DNA of 64,000 bases, taken from positions 4,898,625-4,962,624 of the forward strand of contig CBDCOA010000003.1 in the NCBI GenBank assembly GCA_965219585.1. The letters are read 5' to 3'. Made by a program: the position numbers and the translations under genes. The DNA comes from Bryobacterales bacterium. GTDB taxonomy: Bacteria; Acidobacteriota; Terriglobia; Bryobacterales; UBA6623. Positions 9,421 to 18,135 of this stretch are shown here, one piece after another (position 1 is the stretch's first letter; each line of letters starts with the position of its first letter). The notes below the pieces were generated by a model that saw only the letters and a program-made list of their open reading frames with translations, did not search any database and was not told the DNA's origin.

Positions 9421-11271
9421 CTACTCCAAGGTCGTGAAGAAGATCGCAGCGAGAAAACCCATCAGCGTCGAAATGCCGATCACCGGGCCCGCCTTGAGAT
9501 AGGCGTCGGGCACCATCGTCTGCGCAATCATGGTCAACATCGCTCCGGCCGCGATTCCTTGCACTAGGCCGAAGGCGTGCGGATCGGCCCCGACGAAGAA
9601 TATGCTGCCGAGTGCCGCCCCGATGCCGGTCAGCACCATGAGCGAGGTCCACATGAACAGGACCCTCGCAAAGCTCATCCCTTGCTGTTGCATGCCGACC
9701 GAACTCGACAACGCCTCGGGGTAGTTGGACAGGAACAGACCGGCAATCAGGGAAGCACTGACGGGACCGTGAATGAGCGAACTGCCGATGACCGCGGATT
9801 CGGGAATGCCGTCCAGCAGGATGCCCAGCCAGATGGCGAGGGGCGCGCCCTTGTGGAGATTGGCATGTACGGCCATGTCCGAGACCGACGGCATGAGACG
9901 ACCGCTGTCGACGCTGCGCGTGGCGCGACTGATCCAACGCTGCACTTCCCGCGCGGCGAACCCCTGCACGTCCGTCAAGTAGTCCTTGTTCTCCACCCCC
10001 GACAGGTAGTCCCTGACCTTCTCGTGAATAGCCGGATTGCTCCGCATCAATGCGTCGAAGTCGGACTTGCGGAGCACCCAAAGCTCCGTCGGATCGATTG
10101 CGATGGAACTGTAGAAGCGGCGGGCATTGGTGATGAACGATTTGCCGCCGAGCGCTTCGCCCGGTTCTGCGGTCAGGCGCCGGAGAGCCCGGCCCGCAGG
10201 GGGAATCAACGCCACCTGCCCGCCCGCCACGATGTAGAGGCGGTCCGCCAGCTCGCCGTGGCGGTAGATCGTCTCGCCCCGTTCATAGCGGACGCAGAAC
10301 AGCCGGTCGGCGACGGCGCTCAAGTCCGCCGGTGACAGCCCGCGGAAGATCGGAAGACTGCGGAGTCCGGCGGACGTGCGGACGAACTCGTCGCGATTGC
10401 GTTCGATGGTGACGGCATTCGGCAGCACGCCCGCAGTGACGCCGGCCAGAGCGCTCTCCCGCCATCGAGCGACTTGCTCGGCAGTGAGCCTCTGGCGCTC
10501 CTTCAAATAGCGGCTGACGGAATCGTCGGAAACGAGCTTCATGACGGCGGCGGCGAGCGGTGCCGAGATCGCCAAGGCCCGCTGAAACTCCTCGCGGGGC
10601 AGCATCCAGATCTGCGAGTCCTGGGTCGCGACCGCATGCCTGGTGTGAGGGGACCCGGTGATGAAGGCATGCTGTCCGGGAGTCCCTCCAGCGCGGTGCA
10701 CCGAAGGCGGATCACTTGGGAGCGCCGGGTCCGTGGCCGACACCTCCCCTTCCGCGACCACATAGAGAAAGTCGGAGGGGTCGCCAACGCTGAAGACTGT
10801 CGCGCCATCCTCGAATTCGGCGTAGACGGCTGCGGACGCCACTTCCTCGAGGTCGTGTCGCTTCAGGTCGCGAAACGTGCCGATCCGCTCCAGTTCGGCG
10901 AGTGCCTTCCGGAAGCGCTTGCGGTTCCTGCGCCGGAGGTAGTTCACTACGGTCGAAGACTTGCGCAGGAATCCCCCGTGGTTGTTGATGACGTTGTTGA
11001 GTCCGACAAACATCCCGCCGCCGAGCACGCAGCCGGCCGCCAGCCAGGGGAAGTGCCCCTGTGCGAGCGCAGAGGCGACCAGATCGAGCGTCAGCGCCGC
11101 GAGGAGCGCGCCGCCGCCGAAGGCCATGAGGATCCCGACGGAGCGATCATCGGGCCGCCAGAACAGGGTCGTGAGCGTTCCAAGCGGCAGCGAGCATGCG
11201 CTCAGAATTCCCATCGAAAGCGCAAGAAGGGTCAGGGGTTCCAACACCGCAAATGCCTCCCAACTGCTCAA
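9421..11271 (-). CDS. ZIP-like metal transporter with two cyclic-nucleotide-binding domains inserted in the central cytoplasmic loop
   Basis: 616 aa. N-terminal TM helices are followed by two cNMP-binding-like segments (FRDLKRHDLEEVASAAVYAEFEDGATVFSVGDPSDFLYVVAEGEV and PIFRGLSPADLSAVADRLFCVRYERGETIYRHGELADRLYIVAGGQV). The C-terminal TM bundle carries ZIP-like motifs LLDGIPESAVIG and LSNYPEALSSS. Confidence 0.7.
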   Translation of the reverse strand: MSSWEAFAVLEPLTLLALSMGILSACSLPLGTLTTLFWRPDDRSVGILMAFGGGALLAALTLDLVASALAQGHFPWLAAGCVLGGGMFVGLNNVINNHGGFLRKSSTVVNYLRRRNRKRFRKALAELERIGTFRDLKRHDLEEVASAAVYAEFEDGATVFSVGDPSDFLYVVAEGEVSATDPALPSDPPSVHRAGGTPGQHAFITGSPHTRHAVATQDSQIWMLPREEFQRALAISAPLAAAVMKLVSDDSVSRYLKERQRLTAEQVARWRESALAGVTAGVLPNAVTIERNRDEFVRTSAGLRSLPIFRGLSPADLSAVADRLFCVRYERGETIYRHGELADRLYIVAGGQVALIPPAGRALRRLTAEPGEALGGKSFITNARRFYSSIAIDPTELWVLRKSDFDALMRSNPAIHEKVRDYLSGVENKDYLTDVQGFAAREVQRWISRATRSVDSGRLMPSVSDMAVHANLHKGAPLAIWLGILLDGIPESAVIGSSLIHGPVSASLIAGLFLSNYPEALSSSVGMQQQGMSFARVLFMWTSLMVLTGIGAALGSIFFVGADPHAFGLVQGIAAGAMLTMIAQTMVPDAYLKAGPVIGISTLMGFLAAIFFTTLE

Positions 11272-11730
11272 CCAGAACCGACTTAGCCTTCAGCTCTTCG
11301 CAAGGACCCTCCGTCGGAACAATCGGACCGGTTGGTTCGCTCGTCGCAGCCTTCAGAGCCGCTCCGAGCTCATCCAATCAACTCTCCATTCCCCGCTGGG
11401 CGGCACCTTCTGACGGAACAGAGCAGCCGTCCACCAATCCGGACACCAGCACGAGTCCCGCGACCCCTCCAAGAGCAATGGCCGGGCCGCGCATCCAATC
11501 CAGCCTACCAACGCTCATCCTCTGGCCCGGGAGCAGCAGGTCAAGCAGCTGTCACCTTCAGACTCTTCGCCACCGTCGGTCTGCTTCACGGCCCACTCGG
11601 CCGAGCACTCTCGATGCGACTGGCCGATGCGGCGAGCTGCCGGGCACCTTCGCTCAGGGCGCTAGGCATCAGCGCACTGTCAGGCAAGGTCGTCGAGTGC
11701 CTGGCCGCCGAAGAAGGCTATCCTAACCGC

Positions 11731-12798
11731 ATGCGACTGATCTTGGCTGTCCTAGTTGCCTCGTCCGGAATGCTGGCGGGTACTGCTGATACGCTCGCCG
11801 GCACGGGCATCTCCGGCGCGACGGGGGACGGCGGTCAGGCGACCGCCGCTCGGGTCGGAAATCCCTACGGCCTCACCCTGGGTCCGGACGGCGCGCTGTA
11901 CGTTTGCGAGATCGACACTGATCGGATCCGTCGCGTCGACATGGGCGACGGCACGATTTCGACGGTGGTGGGGACGGGCGAGACCGGCTACTCCGGCGAC
12001 GGCGGACCCGCCGTCGAGGCCGAGCTCAACGACCCGTATGAAGTTCGCTTCGATGACGACGGCAACATGTACTTCGTCGAGATGCTCAGTGCCGTGGTCC
12101 GACGGGTCGATGCCGGTGACGGCACGATCACGACGATCGCCGGCACTGGCGAGCGCGGGTTCTCCGGCGACGGCGGCCCGGCAGTGGAGGCGACGTTCAA
12201 CCGCCCGCACTCGATCGCTCTGGACGGAAAGGGCTCCTTGTATATCGCGGACATCGGCAATCACAGGATCCGGCGGGTCGACCTTGCCACCGGAACCGTG
12301 ACCACGTTTGCAGGCACGGGCGAGCGCGAGCCTACGCCGGACGGCGCTTCGCTAGCCGGAACGCCTCTTAACGGTCCGCGCGCGCTAGCGTTCGCTCCCG
12401 ACGGAGACATGTACATCGCCTTGCGCGAGGGCAACGCGGTGTATCGGCTGGATATGGAGGCAAAGCGCCTCTACCACGTCGCCGGAACCGGCGCCAAGGG
12501 CTACACCGGTGATGGGGGGCCTGCGTCCGAGGCCACCCTGGCGGGCCCGAAGGGCATCGAGGTCGGCCCCGACTTGGCGGTGTATCTTGCCGATACCGAG
12601 AATCACGCGATTCGCCGGATCGATGCCGCAAGCGGCGCGATCTCCACGGTGGCGGGCGACGGCACGGTCCACGACGGCCCGGACGGCGATCCGCTCCAAT
12701 GCGGCCTGGCGCGGCCCCACGGTGTCTACGTGGACCGAGTTGGCAACGTCTACATCGGGGACAGCGAGAACCATAGGGTCCGCGTCGTGCGCCCCTAG
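11731..12798 (+). CDS. secreted NHL-repeat (six-bladed beta-propeller) protein
   Basis: ATG 11731 lies within ORF 11332..12798. Signal peptide MRLILAVLVASSGMLAG. Repeats of G(Y/F)SGDGGPA.EA.L..P..(I/V)..D..G..Y(I/V)(A/C)(D/E)..N.RIRR(V/I)D. Confidence 0.8.
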   Translation: MRLILAVLVASSGMLAGTADTLAGTGISGATGDGGQATAARVGNPYGLTLGPDGALYVCEIDTDRIRRVDMGDGTISTVVGTGETGYSGDGGPAVEAELNDPYEVRFDDDGNMYFVEMLSAVVRRVDAGDGTITTIAGTGERGFSGDGGPAVEATFNRPHSIALDGKGSLYIADIGNHRIRRVDLATGTVTTFAGTGEREPTPDGASLAGTPLNGPRALAFAPDGDMYIALREGNAVYRLDMEAKRLYHVAGTGAKGYTGDGGPASEATLAGPKGIEVGPDLAVYLADTENHAIRRIDAASGAISTVAGDGTVHDGPDGDPLQCGLARPHGVYVDRVGNVYIGDSENHRVRVVRP

Positions 12799-12869
12799 TT
12801 CCGGCGCAGCGGGTGTGCCATCATGGCGACGGGGCACGCCCATTCACGGCTGTCCGCGGGAGGGACGAA

Positions 12870-13241
12870 ATGCGCGGAATTGCAATCATCTGTCTGGCCG
12901 CCTGTATGGCGCTCCCGGCAGTTGCCGAGCGGGTTTTCGACATCGATGGCCCGATGGAATTGCACATCTGGATGACGGCCAAGAGCGGCCAGGCCGAACA
13001 ACTCGAGAAGACGTTCGCCGAGGTGTTCTACCCGGCCGTGAGCAGCATGCCCGGCTTCCGGAGCGCGCTGTTGATGCGCAAGCCCGCGACCTCCGAGTTC
13101 ACAGTGCGTCTCAGCTTTGACACCGAGGAGCAGCGGATGGAGTGGGTTGCCTCGGACAAGCACCAGCGGGCTTGGCCCGCGCTATCGTCGCACTCGCAGG
13201 AGACGCGCTACGACGGCTTTGCGGTCGTGCATCCGAAATAG
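12870..13241 (+). CDS. small secreted ABM/Dabb-like (ferredoxin-fold) protein, tentative
   Basis: ATG 12870 is preceded by GGGAGGGA. Signal peptide MRGIAIICLAACMALPAVA. Mature part is about 100 aa and includes ...GFRSALLMRKPATSEFTVRLSFDTEEQRMEWVASDKH. Confidence 0.4.
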   Translation: MRGIAIICLAACMALPAVAERVFDIDGPMELHIWMTAKSGQAEQLEKTFAEVFYPAVSSMPGFRSALLMRKPATSEFTVRLSFDTEEQRMEWVASDKHQRAWPALSSHSQETRYDGFAVVHPK

Positions 13242-13262
13242 TCCGGCGCCACGTTGCGAGCG

Positions 13263-13718
13263 TCAGGGTTTCTTCTGCTCGCTGGACGGACGCGACTTGG
13301 CTTTGTCAGGATCGGATGCTTCGACGAACCCGTTCAGGATGCCGTTCATGAACCGCGTCGAAGCGTCGCCGTCGTAGCGCTTGCCGATCTCGAGAGTCTC
13401 GTTGATGACAATCGCGGGGTGCGTGTCGCCGCTGCGCAGTTCCGCCAGAGCCAGTCTCAGCAGGTGTCGCACGACAGGTTCGATGCGACTCGGCTGCCAG
13501 CGGTCGGCGCTGTGGCGCGCAATGATTGCGTCCAGCTCCGCAACGTTTTCGGCGGCCTCGCGAAACAGCCGCTCGGCAAAGGCATCCACCGGCTGGGGAT
13601 CATCGGACGCGAGGCGGCCGAAGAAGTCCGCAACGACCTGGTCCGGGTCCGCTCCCCCAGCGTCCCACTGGTAGATCATTTTCAGGGCGCACTCGCGGGA
13701 TCGGCGTCGGGAGAGCAT
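13263..13718 (-). CDS. nusB: transcription antitermination factor NusB
   Basis: 151 aa. Contains SRECALKMIYQWD...VVRHLLRLALAELR...PAIVINETLEIGKRY...FMNGILN. Lies downstream of ribH, the classic ribH-nusB arrangement. Confidence 0.9.
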   Translation of the reverse strand: MLSRRRSRECALKMIYQWDAGGADPDQVVADFFGRLASDDPQPVDAFAERLFREAAENVAELDAIIARHSADRWQPSRIEPVVRHLLRLALAELRSGDTHPAIVINETLEIGKRYDGDASTRFMNGILNGFVEASDPDKAKSRPSSEQKKP

Positions 13719-13742
13719 GGCGTAACGCTGTGGCCGCTGCGG

Positions 13743-14228
13743 TCAGATGGCGCGGATCGCGCTGAGCAAGTGGGCCATTTCGATGGCTGAGGCGGCGGCT
13801 TCGGCCCCGGCGTTGCGGCTCTTGGCTCCGGAGCGATCCATCGCCTGCTCGACGGTATCGCAGGTCAGCACGCCGAAGATGGTCGGCACGCCGGTCTCGG
13901 GTCCGACGCGCGCGATCTGGCTCACCGCCCCCGATGCCACGTGCTCGTAGTGCGAAGTCTCCCCGCGAATCACGGCTCCCAGGCAGATCAAGGCATCGAA
14001 ATTGCCGCTCTGCGCCAGGGCCCGGGCGGCGGTTGCCAACTCTAGCGAACCGGGCACGCGGGCCACGAACACCTTGTCCGCGTCGCCGCCGTGACGGCGG
14101 ATCGCGTCCAGCGCCCCTGCGAGCAGCCGGTCCGTGATGAAACTGTTGAAGCGCGACACGACGCAGCCCAAGCGCAGATCCGCTGCCTCGAGCCCGCCTT
14201 CCAGTTCCGTGAATCCTTCGCGCGACAT
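13743..14228 (-). CDS. ribH: 6,7-dimethyl-8-ribityllumazine synthase
   Basis: 161 aa. Contains VVSRFNSFITDRLLAGALDAIRRHG...VPGSLELA...FDALICLGAVIRGETSHYEHVA...GVPTIFGVLT. Confidence 0.9.
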   Translation of the reverse strand: MSREGFTELEGGLEAADLRLGCVVSRFNSFITDRLLAGALDAIRRHGGDADKVFVARVPGSLELATAARALAQSGNFDALICLGAVIRGETSHYEHVASGAVSQIARVGPETGVPTIFGVLTCDTVEQAMDRSGAKSRNAGAEAAASAIEMAHLLSAIRAI

Positions 14229-14285
14229 TGCAGGCGCAACTTCATCCTAGCCAATGGGGCGGCGTCGAGTTTCGACGCGACCGGC

Positions 14286-15341
14286 TCAGCGGCGCAGGGC
14301 TTCCGGCACCCGTGTGCGATCGTGCTGCTCGAATCGGACCGTCCATTCCAGGGGCACGGTCGTCGGCAGGTAGCAGACCTTGTCGTCGCATGCTTGGTAG
14401 CGCAGGCTCCCGCTAATCTTCAGCGCGCCGTCTTCGAGCAGATCGCCGACTTCGTTCGCTTGGCCGATCATGATGTCGCGCACTAGGCGGAACTTGCCCT
14501 CGTAGACGGGCACGCGCTCGTCGATCGCTGGAAGGTGCAGGGTCTTTGCGTCCGGAAACTCCGTGTCGTAGAGGGTCACGCCAGAGCCTTCGTCCATGGT
14601 CCAAGCGATGGGAATGTAGCCCTCGACCTCCGGCGCGTAGACGTGCATCTTGTCGTTGAGTTCGATGTCGAGCACCAGGGCGAATCGATTGCCGCCGCGC
14701 ACGGTCTCGTCGCTTGCCCAGCTGGTCAGCTTCAGGTGCGATGTCCGCTGCTGTGTCCGCGCGCCTCCCGCGTCGGAACCCAGTTGGCGGACCAAGATGC
14801 GGCCGGCAGTGAAGCGATCCCTGTAGTTTTCCTCGTGAAACTTTTCCGCCACGGTCCGGTCGGGATTCAGCAGGAGCTCGACCGGATGCGGGATGCCGTA
14901 GAACTGGTGCGTTTCCGGCACGTCCTCGTTCAGCACTCCGAAGGCGCGGATGATCTCGGAGTCGGGGTCGGAAAGCAGCGGGAATCCGATTCCGGCCCGC
15001 TCGGCGAAATTGCTCAGGGCCTCCCGCTTGTCGTAGCTAATGCCGGCGATGTTGACGCCGCTGGCTTCGAGGGCTTGGCGCTTGCGTTCCAGCTGCACGA
15101 GCTGGCCTTTGCAGAACGGTCACCAGTCCGCCGAGCGGAAAAACAGCAGCAGCAGCCCCTGCTCTCCCGTCAGGCTGGCGAAGTCGCGGGCGTTGCCCGA
15201 CTGGTCGATGGCCTCGAAGGCCGGGGCGGTCTCCCCGACTTCCGGGCCGGCTGCGATAGCTGAAGCCAGTGCGGACATAAGGAACAGTGACGCCGCCAGG
15301 CCAAAGGCCCAGTTGCGTCGGCGTGAGCCGGGTCGGAACAT
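14286..15341 (-). CDS. secreted redoxin (AhpC/TSA-like thioredoxin fold) fused to a DsbD-alpha-like domain; candidate selenoprotein with UGA (15122..15120) read as Sec in a U-P-F-C motif
   Basis: ORFs 15120..15341(-) and 14286..15098(-) are in one frame (1056 nt = 352 codons) split by a single TGA, reading LLLFFRSADW-TGA-PFCKGQLVQLERKRQALEASGV. N-terminal signal MFRPGSRRRNWAFGLAASLFLMSALASAIA. The C-terminal domain carries YQACDDKVCYLP. A hairpin starts 14 nt after the TGA. Confidence 0.65.
15089..15105 (-). promoter_or_regulatory. candidate bacterial SECIS upper stem-loop
   Basis: mRNA sequence CCAGCU-CGUGC-AGCUGG forms a perfect 6-bp stem with a 5-nt loop containing GU. It starts 14 nt 3' of the in-frame UGA. 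A possible 3-bp lower stem (UGC/GCA) lies across an internal loop. Confidence 0.5.
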
Positions 15342-15374
15342 TCGTTCAGTGTATGCCAGATTGCACTCATGTGT

Positions 15375-15383
15375 CCCCCACTG
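15375..15383. repeat. target-site duplication of IS copy 1 (outer side), CCCCCACTG
   Basis: Identical 9-mer directly abuts the other end of the IS at 18127..18135. Confidence 0.85.
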
Positions 15384-18126
15384 CTAGCGACCGGACATTG
15401 TTGATGCTGGGAGATTGGAGACATTGGTGGGCTGATGCTCACATTCGGTTTAGATGATGCCGAATGGACTTTCCGGATACTTGAGGGCGAGAAGAGGCAG
15501 ACCGGCGCAGTGCGGCAGACGCAGGCATCTGGCAGCACCGGGTTGGGGCTGCCCGGCCAGCGTTGCCGTGCCGGTTATTGCGTTGCGCAGGGGTCCCATG
15601 CGGCCGTCACGCAATGGATGGGAACACGGATCACCGGCGACCATCGGACAGGCTTCGAGTTGCGCCAAGGAGCGGTTCCCGACGCGGCCCGCAGCAAGGC
15701 CGGCGAGAGGATTCCCGACCCACGACAGTGCATCCAGGAGAGCGTTCTGCACTCCTGCTGACGATCCCCTACGGCGGCCCCCGCAACGTCTGCCGGTAGC
15801 GCACCATCGTTTGCAGCTGCCGGTACGCCTGCCACAGCACTTCGTTGCCCGGCAGTTCCCGGTGTTTCTTCGGACGCCAGCCCCGCATGCGCGCCAGCAG
15901 CAGCACCCAACTGCGAATGCCCGCTCCCACCGGCTGGCCGCGTTCCCGCGGCGGTCGCAAGCGCTCCGCCTCCGTCACGGCCTCGATCACGGCCAGCTCG
16001 TCCGCCGTGAGCACCTCCTCCGCCGGCGTGTCCGGCGCGTCCCGCGCGTAGCGGTCCAAGCTGAACACTCTCCAGGCCGTGATCGCGTCGAACACCAAGC
16101 ACTTGCCCAGCGCCTCCGCGTCCCGCAAGCGCCGGTCCTCGATCCGCGTGCCGCTCTTGAGCAGCCGGAAATACTCCTCGATCGCCCAGCGCCGCTCGTA
16201 CCAGCCCACGATCCGCTCGGCCCACTGTGCTGTCGCCGCCCCCTCGCTGCACAGCAGCAGCCACTCCAAGCCATCTTCCCCGGCTGGCGGGTTCGGCTCC
16301 AGCACCCGCACCAGCCACACTGGCAACGGCTGCGCCTGCCCGGCCTGCCCCTGCGGCGGCAGCAACTCCACCCGGCCGATTCGGATCTCCGTCACTGCCG
16401 TGCGCTTCTCCCGCGCCCGCTGCCCCCCTTGCGAGTCGATCTCCACCTTGCGGCCACTCACCAGCACCTCTTCGAAGTCCGGCTGCGCCTCGATCGGCCG
16501 GATCATCTCCGCCGCGAACGCCGCGTCCCACACCCGTACCTTGCGCTGTCGCCCCAAGTGCACCCGCACCAGCAACCCGGCCTCCTGCCGACGTTCCGCC
16601 TGCTGTTCGAACAAACCGAAAATGTCGCTCTCGCGGTCGCCCACCACCACGACCCGCGTCTGCGGACTGCAGCGCCCCAGTTCCTGACCCTGCTCGAACC
16701 CCCGGAACCAGCGCTGGCTCTCCTTCTCGCGCTCCGCCTCCCGGCCCGGGTCCTGCAACGGCCGCGCCCACTGCTCCAGACCGCTCACCCCCAGCGGACG
16801 CCCGCCTGCGGTGAATCCCACCGCCGCGTGCACGAACAGCCCGCGCGCACTGCTGGCGCGGTCCTTTAACGGCCCCAACCCGCTCGTGCAATCCTTCAGC
16901 TGCGTGTAGTTCAGCGTCGTGGTGTCCTGCACCAGCAACACCGTCGACTCCACCTGCACCCGCTCCAGCAAGGCCTCCCGGTGCGGTTGCAGAATGTCCT
17001 TGTCGCTCACCCTGCCATTGTGCAGCAGGCGCGTCGCCGCCCGCAGGTCCGCCTCGTGCGGGAAGATCGCCGGCAGAGCCTCCCCCGGGTGCCGCTCCCA
17101 GCTCTGCCCCATCTGCTCCAGCCGCTGGCGCAAGCGCCCGTCCGGCAGGTCCGAACGCAGGTACTCCCGGCGCGCCCAGTTCGCCTCCTCCTCCAGCACC
17201 AGCTCCGGGTACTGCCCCAGCTTCCGCTGCGGCTGCTGGCTCAGCTTGGGCTGCCAGTCCGGCTCCAAACCGAGCAGCCAGACCGCCTTCGCCGCGCCCG
17301 CCGCGCCCGCTCCCGGCGGCTGCCCCTGCGTGTGTCCCACGCACTGCCAGCCGGCCGCCTTGTAACTCGTGCCCGGGCGCGCGCTGTCCACGCAGGTCTC
17401 CACCAGCCAAGGCTGCACTCCGTGCGCCTGTTGCCAGTCCCGGGCCAGCGCCCGGATGGCCCTGCCCAGCACGTGCGAGGCTAGGTGCGGCACCTGCACG
17501 CCCGGCACGAGCAGGAAGCGATCGTTGTTCAGGACCCGCTCGATGTGCGCTCCGCGCGTGCGCTCGTCCCACTGCAGGAAGGCATCGCGCGGCCCCAGCC
17601 GGAACGGCGCCGCCACGAACGAGAGCACGCCCAGCGGCCCGCACTCGGCGCTGAGCAGATAGCTCAGCCGACAGCCGGGCGCCCGGGCCGAGCCCAGCGG
17701 ATGGTGCTGGTCCAGCAGGGCGGCGCACTGCCGCCGCTGCTCGGCGGAACTGGCCAGACCCACGCGCACCTCGCCGAGTTCCTGCAGCGAGCCGCGGAAG
17801 CTGGCCGCTGGCAATGACGGGTCCGCGCTGAAGCGTGGGCCGCCGGCGGGCGGCCCCGGCTGGGCTGCCGGCAGCGGCAGGCCCAGTTGGGCGGCCAACT
17901 CGGGCAGCGCCTTGCGCGCCGAGGCCGTGCAATACTCGCCCTTGGGATTGCGCCAGTCGTCCTGCTCGCAGACCCCGCGCCCCAAGGCCGCCCGCGACAG
18001 CTGGCCCTGCAGCAAGGCCTCGCGCAGCCAAGTGATCGTCTTCGGACGGAAGATGCGGAGCCCTACCCGCACTACTCCCGTTCTACACAGAACACCGTGC
18101 CTGTGTCAAGTATGTCCAGTCGCTAG
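15384..18126 (-). mobile_element. IS4-family (Tn5/IS50-like) insertion sequence, copy 1, 2,743 bp
   Basis: Reverse complement of 30299..33041: coordinates of all twin ORFs sum to 48425 and their translations are identical. Imperfect terminal IRs are 15384 CTAGCGACCGGACATTGTTGA and, at 18126 (reverse complement), CTAGCGACTGGACATACTTGA. Flanked by a 9-bp direct repeat. Confidence 0.9.
15769..18072 (-). CDS. Tn5-like DDE transposase with N-terminal DUF4338-like extension (767 aa)
   Basis: Identical to the 30353..32656 product. Tn5-like blocks are LLVQDTTTLNY (D), VVVGDRESDIFGLF (D) and YERRWAIEEYFRLLKSG (E). Confidence 0.9.
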   Translation of the reverse strand: MRVGLRIFRPKTITWLREALLQGQLSRAALGRGVCEQDDWRNPKGEYCTASARKALPELAAQLGLPLPAAQPGPPAGGPRFSADPSLPAASFRGSLQELGEVRVGLASSAEQRRQCAALLDQHHPLGSARAPGCRLSYLLSAECGPLGVLSFVAAPFRLGPRDAFLQWDERTRGAHIERVLNNDRFLLVPGVQVPHLASHVLGRAIRALARDWQQAHGVQPWLVETCVDSARPGTSYKAAGWQCVGHTQGQPPGAGAAGAAKAVWLLGLEPDWQPKLSQQPQRKLGQYPELVLEEEANWARREYLRSDLPDGRLRQRLEQMGQSWERHPGEALPAIFPHEADLRAATRLLHNGRVSDKDILQPHREALLERVQVESTVLLVQDTTTLNYTQLKDCTSGLGPLKDRASSARGLFVHAAVGFTAGGRPLGVSGLEQWARPLQDPGREAEREKESQRWFRGFEQGQELGRCSPQTRVVVVGDRESDIFGLFEQQAERRQEAGLLVRVHLGRQRKVRVWDAAFAAEMIRPIEAQPDFEEVLVSGRKVEIDSQGGQRAREKRTAVTEIRIGRVELLPPQGQAGQAQPLPVWLVRVLEPNPPAGEDGLEWLLLCSEGAATAQWAERIVGWYERRWAIEEYFRLLKSGTRIEDRRLRDAEALGKCLVFDAITAWRVFSLDRYARDAPDTPAEEVLTADELAVIEAVTEAERLRPPRERGQPVGAGIRSWVLLLARMRGWRPKKHRELPGNEVLWQAYRQLQTMVRYRQTLRGPP

Positions 18127-18135
18127 CCCCCACTG
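18127..18135. repeat. target-site duplication of IS copy 1 (inner side), CCCCCACTG
   Basis: Matches 15375..15383 exactly. Confidence 0.85.

Noticed and set aside
15120-15122. The in-frame TGA in the redoxin gene as a simple inactivating nonsense mutation or a boundary between two genes
   Set aside because: Not fully excluded, but judged less likely. The stop replaces exactly the first Cys of W-C-P-F-C. The downstream ORF has no independent RBS or sensible N-terminus; its track start is an internal GTG inside the redoxin fold. A SECIS-like hairpin follows at the expected distance.
15575-18031. 818-aa ORF (and its twin 30394..32850) plus the 471-aa opposite-strand ORF (15454..16869 / 31556..32971) overlapping the transposase gene
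   Set aside because: The translations are Ala/Gly/Arg/Pro low-complexity strings with no motif. They lie entirely inside the well-supported Tn5-like transposase gene in other frames. This is a typical stop-poor alternate-frame artefact of high-GC DNA.
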